Of a stretch of DNA of 64,000 nucleotides, positions 23,782 to 35,346 are shown in pieces. Positions within the stretch are counted from its first letter, which is position 1; each line of letters opens with the position of its first letter. The stretch is from Escherichia coli (lineage in GTDB: Bacteria > Pseudomonadota > Gammaproteobacteria > Enterobacterales > Enterobacteriaceae): assembly GCF_041886205.1 (NCBI RefSeq), contig NZ_CP169029.1; one strand, written 5' to 3'. The notes beneath the pieces are model-generated. The model was given only the letters and a program-made list of their open reading frames with translations, was not told the origin of the DNA and did not search any database. The translations under genes were made by a program, and so were the position numbers.

Positions 23782-23885
<104 letters not shown>

Positions 23886-23972
23886 GAATGCGAAACCGAG
23901 ATGTAAATAACGACAAAAACAAAATTGGCCGTTTCGGTCAGGGCCAACTATTGCCTGAAAAAGGGTAACGAC

Positions 23973-25343
23973 ATGAAAAAATTAACCTGCTTTAAAGCCT
24001 ATGATATTCGCGGGAAATTAGGCGAAGAACTGAATGAAGATATCGCCTGGCGCATTGGTCGCGCCTATGGCGAATTTCTCAAACCGAAAACCATTGTGTT
24101 AGGCGGTGATGTCCGTCTCACCAGCGAAACCTTAAAACTGGCGCTGGCGAAAGGTTTACAGGATGCGGGCGTCGATGTGCTGGATATTGGCATGTCCGGC
24201 ACCGAAGAGATCTATTTCGCCACGTTCCATCTCGGCGTGGATGGCGGCATTGAAGTTACCGCCAGCCATAATCCGATGGATTATAACGGCATGAAACTGG
24301 TGCGCGAAGGGGCTCGCCCAATCAGCGGTGATACCGGACTGCGCGACGTCCAGCGTCTGGCAGAAGCCAACGACTTTCCTCCCGTCGATGAAACCAAACG
24401 CGGTCGCTATCAGCAAATCAACCTGCGTGACGCTTACGTTGATCACCTGTTCGGTTATATCAATGTCAAAAACCTCACGCCGCTCAAGCTGGTGATTAAC
24501 TCCGGGAATGGCGCAGCGGGTCCGGTGGTGGACGCCATTGAAGCCCGCTTTAAAACCCTCGGCGCGCCCGTGGAATTGATCAAAGTGCACAACACGCCCG
24601 ACGGCAATTTCCCCAACGGTATTCCTAACCCGCTGCTGCCTGAATGCCGCGACGACACCCGCAATGCGGTCATCAAACACGGCGCGGATATGGGCATTGC
24701 CTTTGATGGCGATTTTGACCGCTGTTTTCTGTTTGACGAAAAAGGGCAGTTTATCGAGGGCTACTACATTGTCGGCCTGCTGGCAGAAGCGTTCCTCGAA
24801 AAAAATCCCGGCGCGAAGATCATCCACGATCCGCGTCTCTCCTGGAACACCGTTGATGTGGTGACTGCCGCAGGCGGCACCCCGGTAATGTCGAAAACCG
24901 GACACGCCTTTATTAAAGAACGTATGCGCAAGGAAGACGCCATCTACGGTGGCGAAATGAGCGCCCACCATTACTTCCGTGATTTCGCTTACTGCGACAG
25001 CGGCATGATCCCGTGGCTGCTGGTCGCCGAACTGGTGTGCCTGAAAGGAAAAACGCTGGGCGAACTGGTGCGCGACCGGATGGCTGCGTTTCCGGCAAGC
25101 GGTGAGATCAACAGCAAACTGGCGCAACCCGTTGAGGCGATTAATCGCGTCGAACAGCATTTTAGCCGTGAGGCGCTGGCGGTGGATCGTACCGATGGCA
25201 TCAGCATGACCTTTGCCGACTGGCGCTTTAACCTGCGCTCTTCCAACACCGAACCGGTGGTGCGGTTGAATGTTGAATCGCGCGGTGATGTGCCGCTGAT
25301 GGAAGCGCGAACGCGAACTCTGCTGACGTTGCTGAATGAGTAA
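23973..25343 (+). CDS. cpsG: Phosphomannomutase (colanic acid copy)
   Basis: ORF 23925-25343; canonical start [15 protein letters not shown] (456 aa); TASHNP phosphoserine motif. Confidence 0.93.
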   Translation: MKKLTCFKAYDIRGKLGEELNEDIAWRIGRAYGEFLKPKTIVLGGDVRLTSETLKLALAKGLQDAGVDVLDIGMSGTEEIYFATFHLGVDGGIEVTASHNPMDYNGMKLVREGARPISGDTGLRDVQRLAEANDFPPVDETKRGRYQQINLRDAYVDHLFGYINVKNLTPLKLVINSGNGAAGPVVDAIEARFKTLGAPVELIKVHNTPDGNFPNGIPNPLLPECRDDTRNAVIKHGADMGIAFDGDFDRCFLFDEKGQFIEGYYIVGLLAEAFLEKNPGAKIIHDPRLSWNTVDVVTAAGGTPVMSKTGHAFIKERMRKEDAIYGGEMSAHHYFRDFAYCDSGMIPWLLVAELVCLKGKTLGELVRDRMAAFPASGEINSKLAQPVEAINRVEQHFSREALAVDRTDGISMTFADWRFNLRSSNTEPVVRLNVESRGDVPLMEARTRTLLTLLNE

Positions 25344-25397
25344 TGTCGGATCTTCCCTTACCCCACTGCGGGTAAGGGGCTAATAACAGGAACAACG

Positions 25398-26792
25398 ATG
25401 ACAAATCTAAAAAAGCGCGAGCGAGCGAAAACCAATGCATCGTTAATCTCTATGGTGCAACGCTTTTCAGATATCACCATCATGTTTGCCGGACTATGGC
25501 TGGTTTGCGAAGTCAGCGGACTGTCATTCCTCTACATGCACCTGTTGGTGGCGCTGATTACGCTGGTGGTGTTCCAGATGCTGGGCGGCATCACCGATTT
25601 TTATCGCTCATGGCGCGGTGTTCGGGCAGCGACAGAATTTGCCCTGTTGCTACAAAACTGGACCTTAAGCGTGATTTTCAGCGCCGGACTGGTGGCGTTC
25701 AACAATGATTTCGATACGCAACTGAAAATCTTGCTGGCGTGGTATGGGCTGACCAGCATCGGACTGGTGGTTTGCCGTTCATGTATTCGCATTGGGGCGG
25801 GCTGGCTGCGTAATCATGGCTATAACAAGCGTATGGTCGCCGTAGCGGGGGATTTAGCCGCCGGACAAATGCTGATGGAGAGCTTCCGTAATCAGCCGTG
25901 GTTAGGGTTTGAAGTGGTGGGTGTCTATCACGATCCGAAACCGGGCGGCGTTTCTAACGACTGGGCGGGCAATCTGCAACAGCTGGTCGAGGATGCGAAA
26001 GCGGGCAAGATTCATAACGTCTATATCGCGATGCAGATGTGCGACGGCGCGCGAGTGAAAAAACTGGTCCATCAACTGGCGGACACCACCTGTTCGGTGC
26101 TGCTGCTCCCCGACGTCTTTACCTTCAATATTCTTCATTCACGTATCGAAGAGATGAACGGCGTACCGGTGGTGCCGCTGTACGACACGCCGCTTTCCGG
26201 GGTTAACCGCCTGCTCAAACGTGCGGAAGACATTGTGCTGGCGACGCTTATCCTGCTGCTGATCTCCCCGGTGCTGTGTTGCATTGCGCTGGCGGTGAAA
26301 CTCAGTTCACCTGGGCCGGTTATTTTCCGCCAGACTCGCTACGGCATGGACGGCAAACCGATCAAAGTGTGGAAGTTCCGTTCCATGAAAGTGATGGAGA
26401 ACGACAAAGTGGTGACTCAGGCGACGCAGAACGATCCGCGCGTCACCAAAGTGGGGAATTTTCTACGCCGCACCTCGCTGGATGAATTGCCGCAGTTTAT
26501 TAATGTGCTGACCGGGGGGATGTCGATTGTCGGTCCGCGTCCGCATGCGGTGGCGCATAACGAACAGTATCGCCAGCTCATTGAAGGCTACATGCTGCGC
26601 CATAAGGTGAAACCGGGCATTACCGGCTGGGCGCAGATTAACGGCTGGCGCGGCGAAACCGACACGCTGGAGAAAATGGAAAAACGCGTCGAGTTCGACC
26701 TTGAGTACATCCGCGAATGGAGCGTCTGGTTCGATATCAAAATCGTTTTCCTGACGGTGTTCAAGGGCTTCGTTAACAAAGCGGCATATTGA
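25398..26792 (+). CDS. wcaJ: Undecaprenyl-phosphate glucose-1-phosphate transferase WcaJ
   Basis: 464-aa ORF, membrane N-terminus and C-terminal sugar transferase domain (PGITGWAQING). Confidence 0.92.
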   Translation: MTNLKKRERAKTNASLISMVQRFSDITIMFAGLWLVCEVSGLSFLYMHLLVALITLVVFQMLGGITDFYRSWRGVRAATEFALLLQNWTLSVIFSAGLVAFNNDFDTQLKILLAWYGLTSIGLVVCRSCIRIGAGWLRNHGYNKRMVAVAGDLAAGQMLMESFRNQPWLGFEVVGVYHDPKPGGVSNDWAGNLQQLVEDAKAGKIHNVYIAMQMCDGARVKKLVHQLADTTCSVLLLPDVFTFNILHSRIEEMNGVPVVPLYDTPLSGVNRLLKRAEDIVLATLILLLISPVLCCIALAVKLSSPGPVIFRQTRYGMDGKPIKVWKFRSMKVMENDKVVTQATQNDPRVTKVGNFLRRTSLDELPQFINVLTGGMSIVGPRPHAVAHNEQYRQLIEGYMLRHKVKPGITGWAQINGWRGETDTLEKMEKRVEFDLEYIREWSVWFDIKIVFLTVFKGFVNKAAY

Positions 26793-26793
26793 T

Positions 26794-28272
26794 ATGAGCT
26801 TACGTGAAAAAACCATCAGCGGCGCGAAGTGGTCGGCGATTGCCACGGTGATCATCATCGGCCTCGGGCTGGTGCAGATGACCGTGCTGGCGCGGATTAT
26901 CGACAACCACCAGTTCGGCCTGCTGACTGTGTCGCTGGTGATTATCGCGCTGGCAGATACGCTTTCTGACTTCGGTATCGCTAACTCGATTATTCAGCGA
27001 AAAGAAATCAGTCACCTTGAACTCACCACGTTGTACTGGCTGAACGTCGGGCTGGGGCTTGTGGTGTGCGTGGCGGTGTTTTTGTTGAGTGATCTCATTG
27101 GTGACGTGCTGAATAACCCGGACCTGGCACCGTTGATTAAAACATTGTCGCTGGCGTTTGTGGTGATCCCCCACGGGCAACAGTTCCGCGCGTTGATGCA
27201 GAAGGAGCTCGAGTTCAACAAAATCGGCATGATCGAAACCAGCGCGGTGCTGGCGGGCTTTACTTTTACGGTGGTTAGCGCCCATTTCTGGCCGCTGGCG
27301 ATGACCGCGATCCTCGGTTATCTGGTCAATAGTGCGGTAAGAACGCTGCTGTTTGGCTACTTTGGCCGCAAAATTTATCGCCCCGGTCTGCACTTCTCGC
27401 TGGTGTCGGTGGCACCGAACTTACGCTTTGGTGCCTGGCTGACGGCGGACAGCATCATCAACTATCTCAACACCAACCTTTCAACGCTGGTGCTGGCGCG
27501 TATTCTCGGCGCGGGCGTGGCCGGGGGATACAACCTGGCGTACAACGTGGCCGTTGTGCCGCCGATGAAGCTGAACCCGATCATCACCCGTGTGTTGTTT
27601 CCGGCATTCGCCAAAATTCAGGACGACACCGAAAAGCTGCGCGTCAACTTCTACAAGCTGCTGTCGGTGGTGGGGATTATTAACTTTCCAGCGCTGCTGG
27701 GGCTGATGGTGGTGTCGAATAACTTCGTACCGCTGGTATTCGGCGAAAAGTGGAACAGCATTATTCCGGTGCTGCAATTGCTGTGTATTGTGGGTCTGCT
27801 GCGCTCCGTGGGTAACCCGATTGGTTCGCTGCTGATGGCGAAAGCGCGGGTCGACATCAGCTTTAAATTCAACGTATTCAAAACCTTTCTGTTTATTCCG
27901 GCGATTGTTATTGGTGGGCAGATGGCGGGCGCAATCGGCGTCACGCTCGGTTTCCTGCTGGTGCAGATTATCAACACCATTCTGAGTTACTTCGTGATGA
28001 TTAAACCGGTTCTTGGTTCCAGTTATCGCCAGTACATCCTGAGTTTGTGGCTGCCGTTTTATCTCTCGCTGCCGACGCTGGTGGTCAGTTATGTGCTGGG
28101 CATTGTGCTGAAAGGGCAACTGGCGCTGGGGATGCTGCTGGCGGTGCAAATAGCCGCGGGCGTGCTGGCGTTTGTGGTGATGATTGTGCTGTCGCGCCAT
28201 CCGCTGGTGGTGGAAGTGAAGCGTCAGTTTTGTCGCAGCGAAAAAATGAAAATGCTTTTACGGGCGGGGTGA
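26794..28272 (+). CDS. wzxC: Colanic acid repeat-unit flippase WzxC
   Basis: 492-aa polytopic membrane ORF immediately after wcaJ. Confidence 0.9.
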   Translation: MSLREKTISGAKWSAIATVIIIGLGLVQMTVLARIIDNHQFGLLTVSLVIIALADTLSDFGIANSIIQRKEISHLELTTLYWLNVGLGLVVCVAVFLLSDLIGDVLNNPDLAPLIKTLSLAFVVIPHGQQFRALMQKELEFNKIGMIETSAVLAGFTFTVVSAHFWPLAMTAILGYLVNSAVRTLLFGYFGRKIYRPGLHFSLVSVAPNLRFGAWLTADSIINYLNTNLSTLVLARILGAGVAGGYNLAYNVAVVPPMKLNPIITRVLFPAFAKIQDDTEKLRVNFYKLLSVVGIINFPALLGLMVVSNNFVPLVFGEKWNSIIPVLQLLCIVGLLRSVGNPIGSLLMAKARVDISFKFNVFKTFLFIPAIVIGGQMAGAIGVTLGFLLVQIINTILSYFVMIKPVLGSSYRQYILSLWLPFYLSLPTLVVSYVLGIVLKGQLALGMLLAVQIAAGVLAFVVMIVLSRHPLVVEVKRQFCRSEKMKMLLRAG

Positions 28273-28299
28273 GTTGTTGTTTTCGGTTCCGACAACGGT

Positions 28300-28790
28300 T
28301 GCCGGGTGCAGCGTAAAACGCCTTATCCATCCTACGGTTCTGTGCTCGGGACCTGTAGGCCTGATAAGACGCGTCAGCGTCGCATCAGGCACTGAATGCC
28401 GGATGCGGCGTGAACGCCTTATCCGGCCTACGGTTCTGTGCTCGGATCTTGTAGGCCTGATAAGACGCGCCAGCGTCGCATCAGGCACTGAATGCCGGAT
28501 GCGGCGTAAAACGCCTTATCCGGCCTACGGTTCTGTGCTCGGGTCTTGTAGGCCTGATAAGACGCGTCAGCGTCGCATCAGGCACTGAATGCCGGATGCG
28601 GCGTGAACGCCTTATCCGGCCTACGGTTCTGTGCTCGGATCTTGTAGGCCTGATAAGACGCGCCAGCGTCGCATCAGGCACTGAATGCCGGATGCGGCGT
28701 GAACGCCTTATCCGGCCTACGGTTCTGTGCTCGGGTCTTGTAGGCCTGATAAGACGCGCCAGCGTCGCATCAGGCAAAAAACGGCAACGA
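28300..28790. repeat. BIME/REP array: about five tandem ~96-bp units of paired REP palindromes
   Basis: unit gccggatgcggcgtgaacgccttatccggcctacggttctgtgctcgg.tcttgtaggcctgataagacgcg.cagcgtcgcatcaggcactgaat recurring with 95-97 bp period (anchors at 28381, 28477, 28574, 28669, 28765). Confidence 0.9.
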
Positions 28791-28836
28791 ACAAAACAAA
28801 CGCAGCCTCACCTGGCATCAAATTTATGAGGAAAAA

Positions 28837-30117
28837 ATGAAATTACTTATTCTGGGCAACCACACTTGCGGCAATCGTGGCGACAGCGCCATCTTGCGTG
28901 GCTTACTTGATGCCATCAACATCCTCAATCCACACGCCGAAGTGGACGTGATGAGCCGCTATCCGGTCAGTTCTTCCTGGCTGCTCAACCGCCCGGTAAT
29001 GGGCGATCCGCTGTTCCTGCAAATGAAACAACACAACAGCGCGGCGGGCGTTGTCGGGCGCGTTAAAAAAGTCCTCCGTCGCCGCTACCAGCATCAGGTA
29101 TTGCTCTCACGCGTCACCGACACTGGCAAGCTGCGTAATATCGCCATCGCCCAGGGATTCACCGACTTCGTGCGCTTGCTGTCAGGTTACGACGCCATTA
29201 TTCAGGTCGGCGGATCGTTTTTTGTCGATCTCTATGGTGTGCCGCAGTTTGAACACGCACTTTGCACGTTTATGGCGAAAAAGCCGCTGTTTATGATTGG
29301 TCACAGCGTCGGTCCCTTCCAGGATGAGCAATTTAACCAACTGGCGAACTACGTTTTTGGTCACTGCGATGCGTTGATCCTGCGCGAATCGGTCAGCCTT
29401 GATTTGATGAAACGCAGCAATATCACCACTGCAAAAGTTGAACATGGCGTCGATACCGCGTGGCTGGTCGATCACCACACAGAAGATTTCACCGCCAGCT
29501 ATGCCGTCCAACACTGGCTGGACGTTGCCGCACAACAGAAAACGGTGGCAATTACCCTGCGCGAACTGGCACCGTTCGACAAACGCCTCGGCACCACTCA
29601 ACAAGCGTATGAAAAAGCCTTTGCCGGGGTGGTCAATCGCATTCTCGACGGAGGCTATCAGGTCATTGCGCTCTCCACCTGTACGGGCATCGACAGCTAT
29701 AACAAAGACGACCGCATGGTAGCGCTCAATCTGCGCCAGCACATCAGCGATCCTGCCCGTTACCACGTAGTGATGGATGAACTCAACGATCTGGAAATGG
29801 GCAAAATTCTCGGGGCCTGTGAACTCACCGTCGGTACGCGCCTGCACTCCGCCATTATCTCGATGAATTTTGCCACTCCGGCAATTGCCATCAACTACGA
29901 ACATAAATCCGCCGGGATTATGCAACAACTGGGGCTGCCAGAGATGGCGATTGATATCCGTCATTTACTGGACGGCAGCTTGCAAGCGATGGTTGCGGAT
30001 ACCTTAGGCCAACTTCCGGCGCTGAACGCGCGACTTAACGAAGCCGTCAGTCGTGAACGTCAGACGGGAATGCAGATGGTGCAATCTGTGCTTGAGCGCA
30101 TCGGGGAGGCGAAATGA
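28837..30117 (+). CDS. wcaK: Colanic acid pyruvyl transferase WcaK
   Basis: 426-aa ORF MKLLILGNHTCGNRGDSAI; polysaccharide pyruvyl transferase family. Confidence 0.88.
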   Translation: MKLLILGNHTCGNRGDSAILRGLLDAINILNPHAEVDVMSRYPVSSSWLLNRPVMGDPLFLQMKQHNSAAGVVGRVKKVLRRRYQHQVLLSRVTDTGKLRNIAIAQGFTDFVRLLSGYDAIIQVGGSFFVDLYGVPQFEHALCTFMAKKPLFMIGHSVGPFQDEQFNQLANYVFGHCDALILRESVSLDLMKRSNITTAKVEHGVDTAWLVDHHTEDFTASYAVQHWLDVAAQQKTVAITLRELAPFDKRLGTTQQAYEKAFAGVVNRILDGGYQVIALSTCTGIDSYNKDDRMVALNLRQHISDPARYHVVMDELNDLEMGKILGACELTVGTRLHSAIISMNFATPAIAINYEHKSAGIMQQLGLPEMAIDIRHLLDGSLQAMVADTLGQLPALNARLNEAVSRERQTGMQMVQSVLERIGEAK

Positions 30118-31334
30118 AGGTCGGCTTCTTTTTACTGAAATTTCCGCTGTCGTCGGAAACCTTCGTCCTCAATCAAATTACCGCGTTTATTGATATGGGA
30201 TTTGAGGTGGAGATCGTCGCGTTGCAAAAAGGCGATACAGAGAACACCCACGCGGCATGGACGAAATACAACCTTGCCGCCAGAACCCGCTGGTTACAGG
30301 ACGAACCTACGGGCAAAGTGGCGAAACTGCGCCACCGCGCCAGCCAGACGTTACGCGGCATACATCGTAAAAATACCTGGCAGGCGCTCAACCTCAAACG
30401 CTATGGTGCCGAGTCGCGGAACCTGATTTTGTCTGCCATTTGCGGCCAGGTCGTAGCACCGCTTCATGCCGATGTCTTTATCGCTCACTTTGGTCCCGCA
30501 GGGGTAACCGCAGCAAAACTCCGCGAACTGGGTGTCATTCGCGGCAAAATTGCCACTATCTTCCACGGTATTGATATCTCCAGTCGGGAGGTGCTCAACC
30601 ATTACACTCCCGAATATCAGCAACTGTTCCGCCGCGGCGATCTGATGCTACCAATAAGCGATCTGTGGGCCGGAAGGCTGCAAAAAATGGGCTGCCCGAG
30701 GGAAAAAATCGCCGTATCGCGCATGGGCGTGGACATGACGCGTTTTAGCCCGCGTCCGGTGAAAGCGCCCGCAACGCCGCTGGAAATCATCTCCGTCGCA
30801 CGCTTAACCGAAAAAAAAGGCCTGCATGTGGCGATCGAAGCCTGCCGTCAGTTGAAAGAGCAGGGCATGGCATTTCGCTATCGCATCCTCGGCATTGGCC
30901 CGTGGGAACGACGCCTGCGCACCCTCATCGAACAATATCAACTGGAAGATGTGGTAGATATGCCGGGCTTTAAACCGAGCCATGAAGTGAAAGAGATGCT
31001 CGATGACGCGGATGTCTTCCTGTTGCCATCGGTAACGGGCGCGGATGGCGATATGGAAGGTATTCCGGTGGCACTAATGGAAGCGATGGCGGTCGGCATT
31101 CCGGTGGTTTCTACTCTGCATAGCGGAATACCTGAATTGGTGGAGGCCGATAAATCCGGCTGGCTGGTGCCTGAGAACGATGCTCGCGCTCTGGCACAAC
31201 GTCTGGCGACGTTTAGCCAACTGGACACCGACGAACTGGCTCCGGTCGTCAAACGTGCGCGCGAAAAAGTCGAACACGATTTTAACCAGCAGGTGATCAA
31301 TCGAGAACTCGCCAGCTTGCTGCAGGCTTTATAG
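30114..31334 (+). CDS. wcaL: Colanic acid glycosyltransferase WcaL (GT family 4)
   Basis: 406-aa ORF overlapping wcaK stop. Confidence 0.88.
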   Translation: MKVGFFLLKFPLSSETFVLNQITAFIDMGFEVEIVALQKGDTENTHAAWTKYNLAARTRWLQDEPTGKVAKLRHRASQTLRGIHRKNTWQALNLKRYGAESRNLILSAICGQVVAPLHADVFIAHFGPAGVTAAKLRELGVIRGKIATIFHGIDISSREVLNHYTPEYQQLFRRGDLMLPISDLWAGRLQKMGCPREKIAVSRMGVDMTRFSPRPVKAPATPLEIISVARLTEKKGLHVAIEACRQLKEQGMAFRYRILGIGPWERRLRTLIEQYQLEDVVDMPGFKPSHEVKEMLDDADVFLLPSVTGADGDMEGIPVALMEAMAVGIPVVSTLHSGIPELVEADKSGWLVPENDARALAQRLATFSQLDTDELAPVVKRAREKVEHDFNQQVINRELASLLQAL

Positions 31335-31344
31335 AGGAGAACGC

Positions 31345-32739
31345 ATGCCATTTAAAAAACTCTCCCGACGCACCTTCCTGACGGCAAGCTCGGCGCTTGC
31401 CTTCCTCCATACCCCTTTCGCTCGCGCACTTCCGGCCCGACAAAGCGTTAACATTAACGACTACAATCCACACGACTGGATCGCCTCATTTAAACAAGCC
31501 TTCAGCGAAGGGCAAACGGTCGTCGTGCCTGCCGGATTGGCTTGTGACAATATCAACACCGGCATCTTTATCCCTCCCGGTAAAACGTTACACATCCTTG
31601 GAAGCCTGCGCGGCAATGGCAGAGGGCGATTTGTCTTACAGGACGGCAGCCAGGTGACAGGGGAGGAGGGCAGCAGTATGCATAACATCACCCTGGATGT
31701 GCGCGGCTCTGACTGCACCATCAAAGGTCTGGCGATGAGCGGCTTTGGCCCGGTAACGCAGATTTATATCGGCGGCAAAAACAAACGGGTCATGCGCAAC
31801 CTGACCATCGATAACCTCACTGTCAGCCACGCTAATTACGCCATCTTACGCCAGGGATTTCATAACCAGATAATCGGTGCCAACATCACCAACTGTAAGT
31901 TCAGCGACTTACAGGGCGACGCCATTGAATGGAACGTGGCAATTAACGACAGTGATATTTTGATCTCCGACCATGTCATCGAGCGCATCAACTGTACTAA
32001 CGGCAAAATCAACTGGGGCATCGGCATAGGCCTTGCGGGAAGTACCTACAATAACAATTACCCGGAAGACCAGGCAGTGAAAAACTTTGTTGTGGCGAAT
32101 ATCACAGGATCGGATTGTCGGCAGTTGATCCATGTTGAAAATGGTAAACATTTTGTTATTCGTAATATCAAAGCCAGCAATATCACGCCGGATTTCAGTA
32201 AGAAAGCAGGTATTGATAACGCGACGGTCGCTATTTACGGTTGTGAGAATTTCGTGATTGATAATATTGAAATGATTAATAGCGCCGGGATGTTAATCGG
32301 CTATGGGGTAATTAAAGGCAAATATCTCTCGATACCGCAAAATTTCCGAGTGAATAATATTCAGCTGGATAACACCCATCTTGCTTATAAATTGCGCGGT
32401 ATCCAAATCTCCGCCGGGAATGCTGTCTCCTTTGTGGCGCTGACTAACATTGAGATGAAGCGTGCCTCGCTTGAGCTACACAACAAACCGCAACATCTTT
32501 TTATGCGAAATATCAAGGTGATGCAGGAATCCTCAGTTGGACCCGCATTGAGCATGAACTTCGACATGCGCAAAGACGTTCGCGGCGTGTTTATGGCGAA
32601 AAAAGAAACACTGCTGTCTCTTGCAAATGTTCATGCGGTGAATGAAAGAGGGCAAAGCTCCGTCGATATCGACAGGATTAATCACCATATTGTTAATGTG
32701 GAAAAGATTAACTTTAGATTGCCGGAACGGAGAGAGTAG
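31345..32739 (+). CDS. wcaM: Colanic acid biosynthesis protein WcaM (secreted, beta-helix-like)
   Basis: 464-aa ORF with Tat/Sec-like N-terminus [20 protein letters not shown]. Confidence 0.88.
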   Translation: MPFKKLSRRTFLTASSALAFLHTPFARALPARQSVNINDYNPHDWIASFKQAFSEGQTVVVPAGLACDNINTGIFIPPGKTLHILGSLRGNGRGRFVLQDGSQVTGEEGSSMHNITLDVRGSDCTIKGLAMSGFGPVTQIYIGGKNKRVMRNLTIDNLTVSHANYAILRQGFHNQIIGANITNCKFSDLQGDAIEWNVAINDSDILISDHVIERINCTNGKINWGIGIGLAGSTYNNNYPEDQAVKNFVVANITGSDCRQLIHVENGKHFVIRNIKASNITPDFSKKAGIDNATVAIYGCENFVIDNIEMINSAGMLIGYGVIKGKYLSIPQNFRVNNIQLDNTHLAYKLRGIQISAGNAVSFVALTNIEMKRASLELHNKPQHLFMRNIKVMQESSVGPALSMNFDMRKDVRGVFMAKKETLLSLANVHAVNERGQSSVDIDRINHHIVNVEKINFRLPERRE

Positions 32740-32896
32740 ATTTGCGACCATTCATAAACTTACTGGATATAATGTTCTAAAAGATTATAATCCTCACACT
32801 AACTGTTAAAGCTGGGGCTGGGCAGCATTGACTACTCAGGGAAGGTACTCATCTTTATCTTGTGTTTCTTACGTAACAACCAGACTAAAGTGATTT

Positions 32897-33892
32897 ATGA
32901 ACGATAACGTTTTGCTCATAGGAGCTTCCGGATTCGTAGGAACCCGACTACTTGAAACGGCAATTGCTGACTTTAATATCAAGAACCTGGACAAACAGCA
33001 GAGCCACTTTTATCCAGAAATCACACAGATTGGTGATGTTCGTGATCAACAGGCACTCGACCAGGCGTTAGCCGGTTTTGACACTGTTGTGCTACTGGCA
33101 GCGGAACACCGCGATGACGTCAGCCCTACTTCTCTCTATTATGATGTCAACGTTCAGGGTACCCGCAATGTGCTGGCGGCCATGGAAAAAAATGGCGTTA
33201 AAAATATCATCTTTACCAGTTCCGTTGCTGTTTATGGTTTGAACAAACACAACCCTGACGAAAACCATCCACACGATCCCTTCAACCACTACGGCAAAAG
33301 TAAGTGGCAGGCAGAGGAAGTGCTGCGTGAATGGTATAACAAAGCACCAACAGAACGTTCATTAACCATCATCCGTCCTACCGTTATCTTCGGTGAACGG
33401 AACCGCGGTAACGTCTATAACTTGCTGAAACAGATCGCTGGCGGCAAGTTTATGATGGTGGGCGCAGGGACTAACTATAAGTCCATGGCTTATGTTGGAA
33501 ACATTGTTGAGTTTATCAAGTACAAACTGAAGAATGTTGCCGCAGGTTACGAGGTTTATAACTACGTTGATAAGCCAGACCTGAACATGAACCAGTTGGT
33601 TGCTGAAGTTGAACAAAGCCTGAACAAAAAGATCCCTTCTATGCACTTGCCTTACCCACTAGGAATGCTGGGTGGATATTGCTTTGATATCCTGAGCAAA
33701 ATTACGGGCAAAAAATACGCTGTCAGCTCTGTGCGCGTGAAAAAATTCTGCGCAACAACACAGTTTGACGCAACGAAAGTGCATTCTTCAGGTTTTGTGG
33801 CACCGTATACGCTGTCGCAAGGTCTGGATCGAACTCTGCAGTATGAATTCGTCCATGCCAAAAAAGACGACATAACGTTTGTTTCTGAGTAA
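32897..33892 (+). CDS. gne: NAD-dependent 4-epimerase of the Gne/Z3206 type (GlcNAc/GalNAc epimerase family)
   Basis: 331-aa SDR ORF MNDNVLLIGASGFVGTRLL with YGKSK catalytic motif; lies between wcaM and galF as in O157/O55-type loci. Confidence 0.75.
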   Translation: MNDNVLLIGASGFVGTRLLETAIADFNIKNLDKQQSHFYPEITQIGDVRDQQALDQALAGFDTVVLLAAEHRDDVSPTSLYYDVNVQGTRNVLAAMEKNGVKNIIFTSSVAVYGLNKHNPDENHPHDPFNHYGKSKWQAEEVLREWYNKAPTERSLTIIRPTVIFGERNRGNVYNLLKQIAGGKFMMVGAGTNYKSMAYVGNIVEFIKYKLKNVAAGYEVYNYVDKPDLNMNQLVAEVEQSLNKKIPSMHLPYPLGMLGGYCFDILSKITGKKYAVSSVRVKKFCATTQFDATKVHSSGFVAPYTLSQGLDRTLQYEFVHAKKDDITFVSE

Positions 33893-34134
33893 TGCAGACG
33901 AGTCAGAGAAAAAAGGACCAGGTTGGACTACGATTATTCGGAAAGAGGTACTGATTAAATTATCAGTATGTGGATTTCCGAGTAATCCGAGTAACCCAGA
34001 TGCTGATGGTGTGTAGTGTTATCGTAAGGTTTAATCAAAGTTATGCGGAACTAAGCTTTGGTATATAGCCATAACGTTTGGCTAACCTATGGCAATAATT
34101 TACGCACTATCAGCCACTTAGAGGTAGGAAAAGA

Positions 34135-35028
34135 ATGACGAATTTAAAAGCAGTTATACCGGTAGCAGGTCTTGGGATGCATATGTTGCCTGCCACTAAG
34201 GCGATTCCCAAAGAGATGCTACCGATCGTCGACAAGCCAATGATTCAGTACATTGTTGACGAGATTGTGGCTGCAGGGATCAAAGAAATCCTCCTGGTAA
34301 CTCACGCGTCCAAGAACGCAGTCGAAAACCACTTCGACACCTCTTATGAATTAGAATCTCTCCTTGAACAGCGCGTGAAGCGTCAACTACTGGCGGAAGT
34401 ACAATCTATCTGTCCGCCGGGCGTGACCATTATGAACGTGCGTCAGGGTGAACCTTTAGGTTTAGGCCACTCCATTTTATGTGCGCGACCTGCCATTGGT
34501 GACAATCCATTTGTCGTGGTGCTGCCAGACGTTGTGATCGACGACGCCAGCGCCGACCCGTTGCGTTACAACCTTGCTGCCATGATTGCGCGCTTCAATG
34601 AAACGGGCCGTAGCCAGGTGCTGGCAAAACGTATGCCGGGTGACCTCTCTGAATACTCCGTCATCCAGACCAAAGAACCGCTGGATCGTGAAGGTAAAGT
34701 CAGCCGCATTGTTGAATTTATCGAAAAACCGGATCAGCCGCAGACGCTGGACTCAGACATAATGGCCGTTGGTCGCTATGTGCTTTCTGCCGATATTTGG
34801 CCGGAACTTGAACGCACTCAGCCTGGTGCATGGGGACGTATTCAGCTGACTGATGCCATTGCTGAACTGGCGAAAAAACAGTCCGTTGATGCCATGCTGA
34901 TGACAGGTGACAGCTACGACTGCGGTAAAAAAATGGGTTATATGCAGGCGTTTGTGAAGTATGGACTACGCAACTTGAAAGAAGGGGCGAAGTTCCGCAA
35001 AGGTATCGAGAAGCTGTTAAGCGAATAA
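34135..35028 (+). CDS. galF: UTP-glucose-1-phosphate uridylyltransferase-like regulatory subunit GalF
   Basis: 297-aa [42 protein letters not shown]. Confidence 0.93.
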   Translation: MTNLKAVIPVAGLGMHMLPATKAIPKEMLPIVDKPMIQYIVDEIVAAGIKEILLVTHASKNAVENHFDTSYELESLLEQRVKRQLLAEVQSICPPGVTIMNVRQGEPLGLGHSILCARPAIGDNPFVVVLPDVVIDDASADPLRYNLAAMIARFNETGRSQVLAKRMPGDLSEYSVIQTKEPLDREGKVSRIVEFIEKPDQPQTLDSDIMAVGRYVLSADIWPELERTQPGAWGRIQLTDAIAELAKKQSVDAMLMTGDSYDCGKKMGYMQAFVKYGLRNLKEGAKFRKGIEKLLSE

Positions 35029-35254
35029 TGAAAATCTGACCGAATGTAACGGTTGATAAGGAAATAATAACGGCAGTGAAAAACTATAGATCAATAAATA
35101 TCACTGCTGTTGAGCGTTTATAATTAACTATGCTACCAATGAATAAATAGTGTGCAGATATGTATTTTTTGTTTGGTAGTCTTGTTTCTCCCTCTGAATA
35201 ATAAGATAATAAACGCTTGGAGATGATTTTTTTAACATGGATTATCATTTCGTA

Positions 35255-35288
35255 CACTGGTAGCGATTAAGCCAGGGGCGGTAGCGTG
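35255..35288 (+). promoter_or_regulatory. JUMPstart/ops element in the O-antigen cluster leader
   Basis: cactggtagcgattaagccaggGGCGGTAGcgtg; ops core at 35277-35284; second copy of the motif seen upstream of wza. Confidence 0.85.
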
Positions 35289-35346
35289 CATAAATTTTAA
35301 TGCTTATCAAAACTATTAGCATTAAAAATATATAAGAAATTCTCAA

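Noticed and set aside
24156-25160. 334-aa minus-strand ORFs antisense to cpsG (and the twin at 45974-46978 antisense to manB)
   Set aside because: Lie entirely inside well-supported phosphomannomutase genes on the opposite strand; typical spurious antisense ORFs.
27481-28200. 239-aa His/Arg/Gln-rich minus-strand ORF antisense to wzxC
   Set aside because: Low-complexity translation of the antisense strand of a membrane-protein gene; spurious.
28300-28790. Tandem ~96-bp repeats that could be mistaken for a CRISPR array
   Set aside because: Units are themselves palindromic REP pairs and near-identical throughout; there are no unique spacers, no leader and no cas genes. This is a BIME array.
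29182-29964. 260-aa minus-strand ORF antisense to wcaK
   Set aside because: Antisense to a well-supported gene; no family resemblance.
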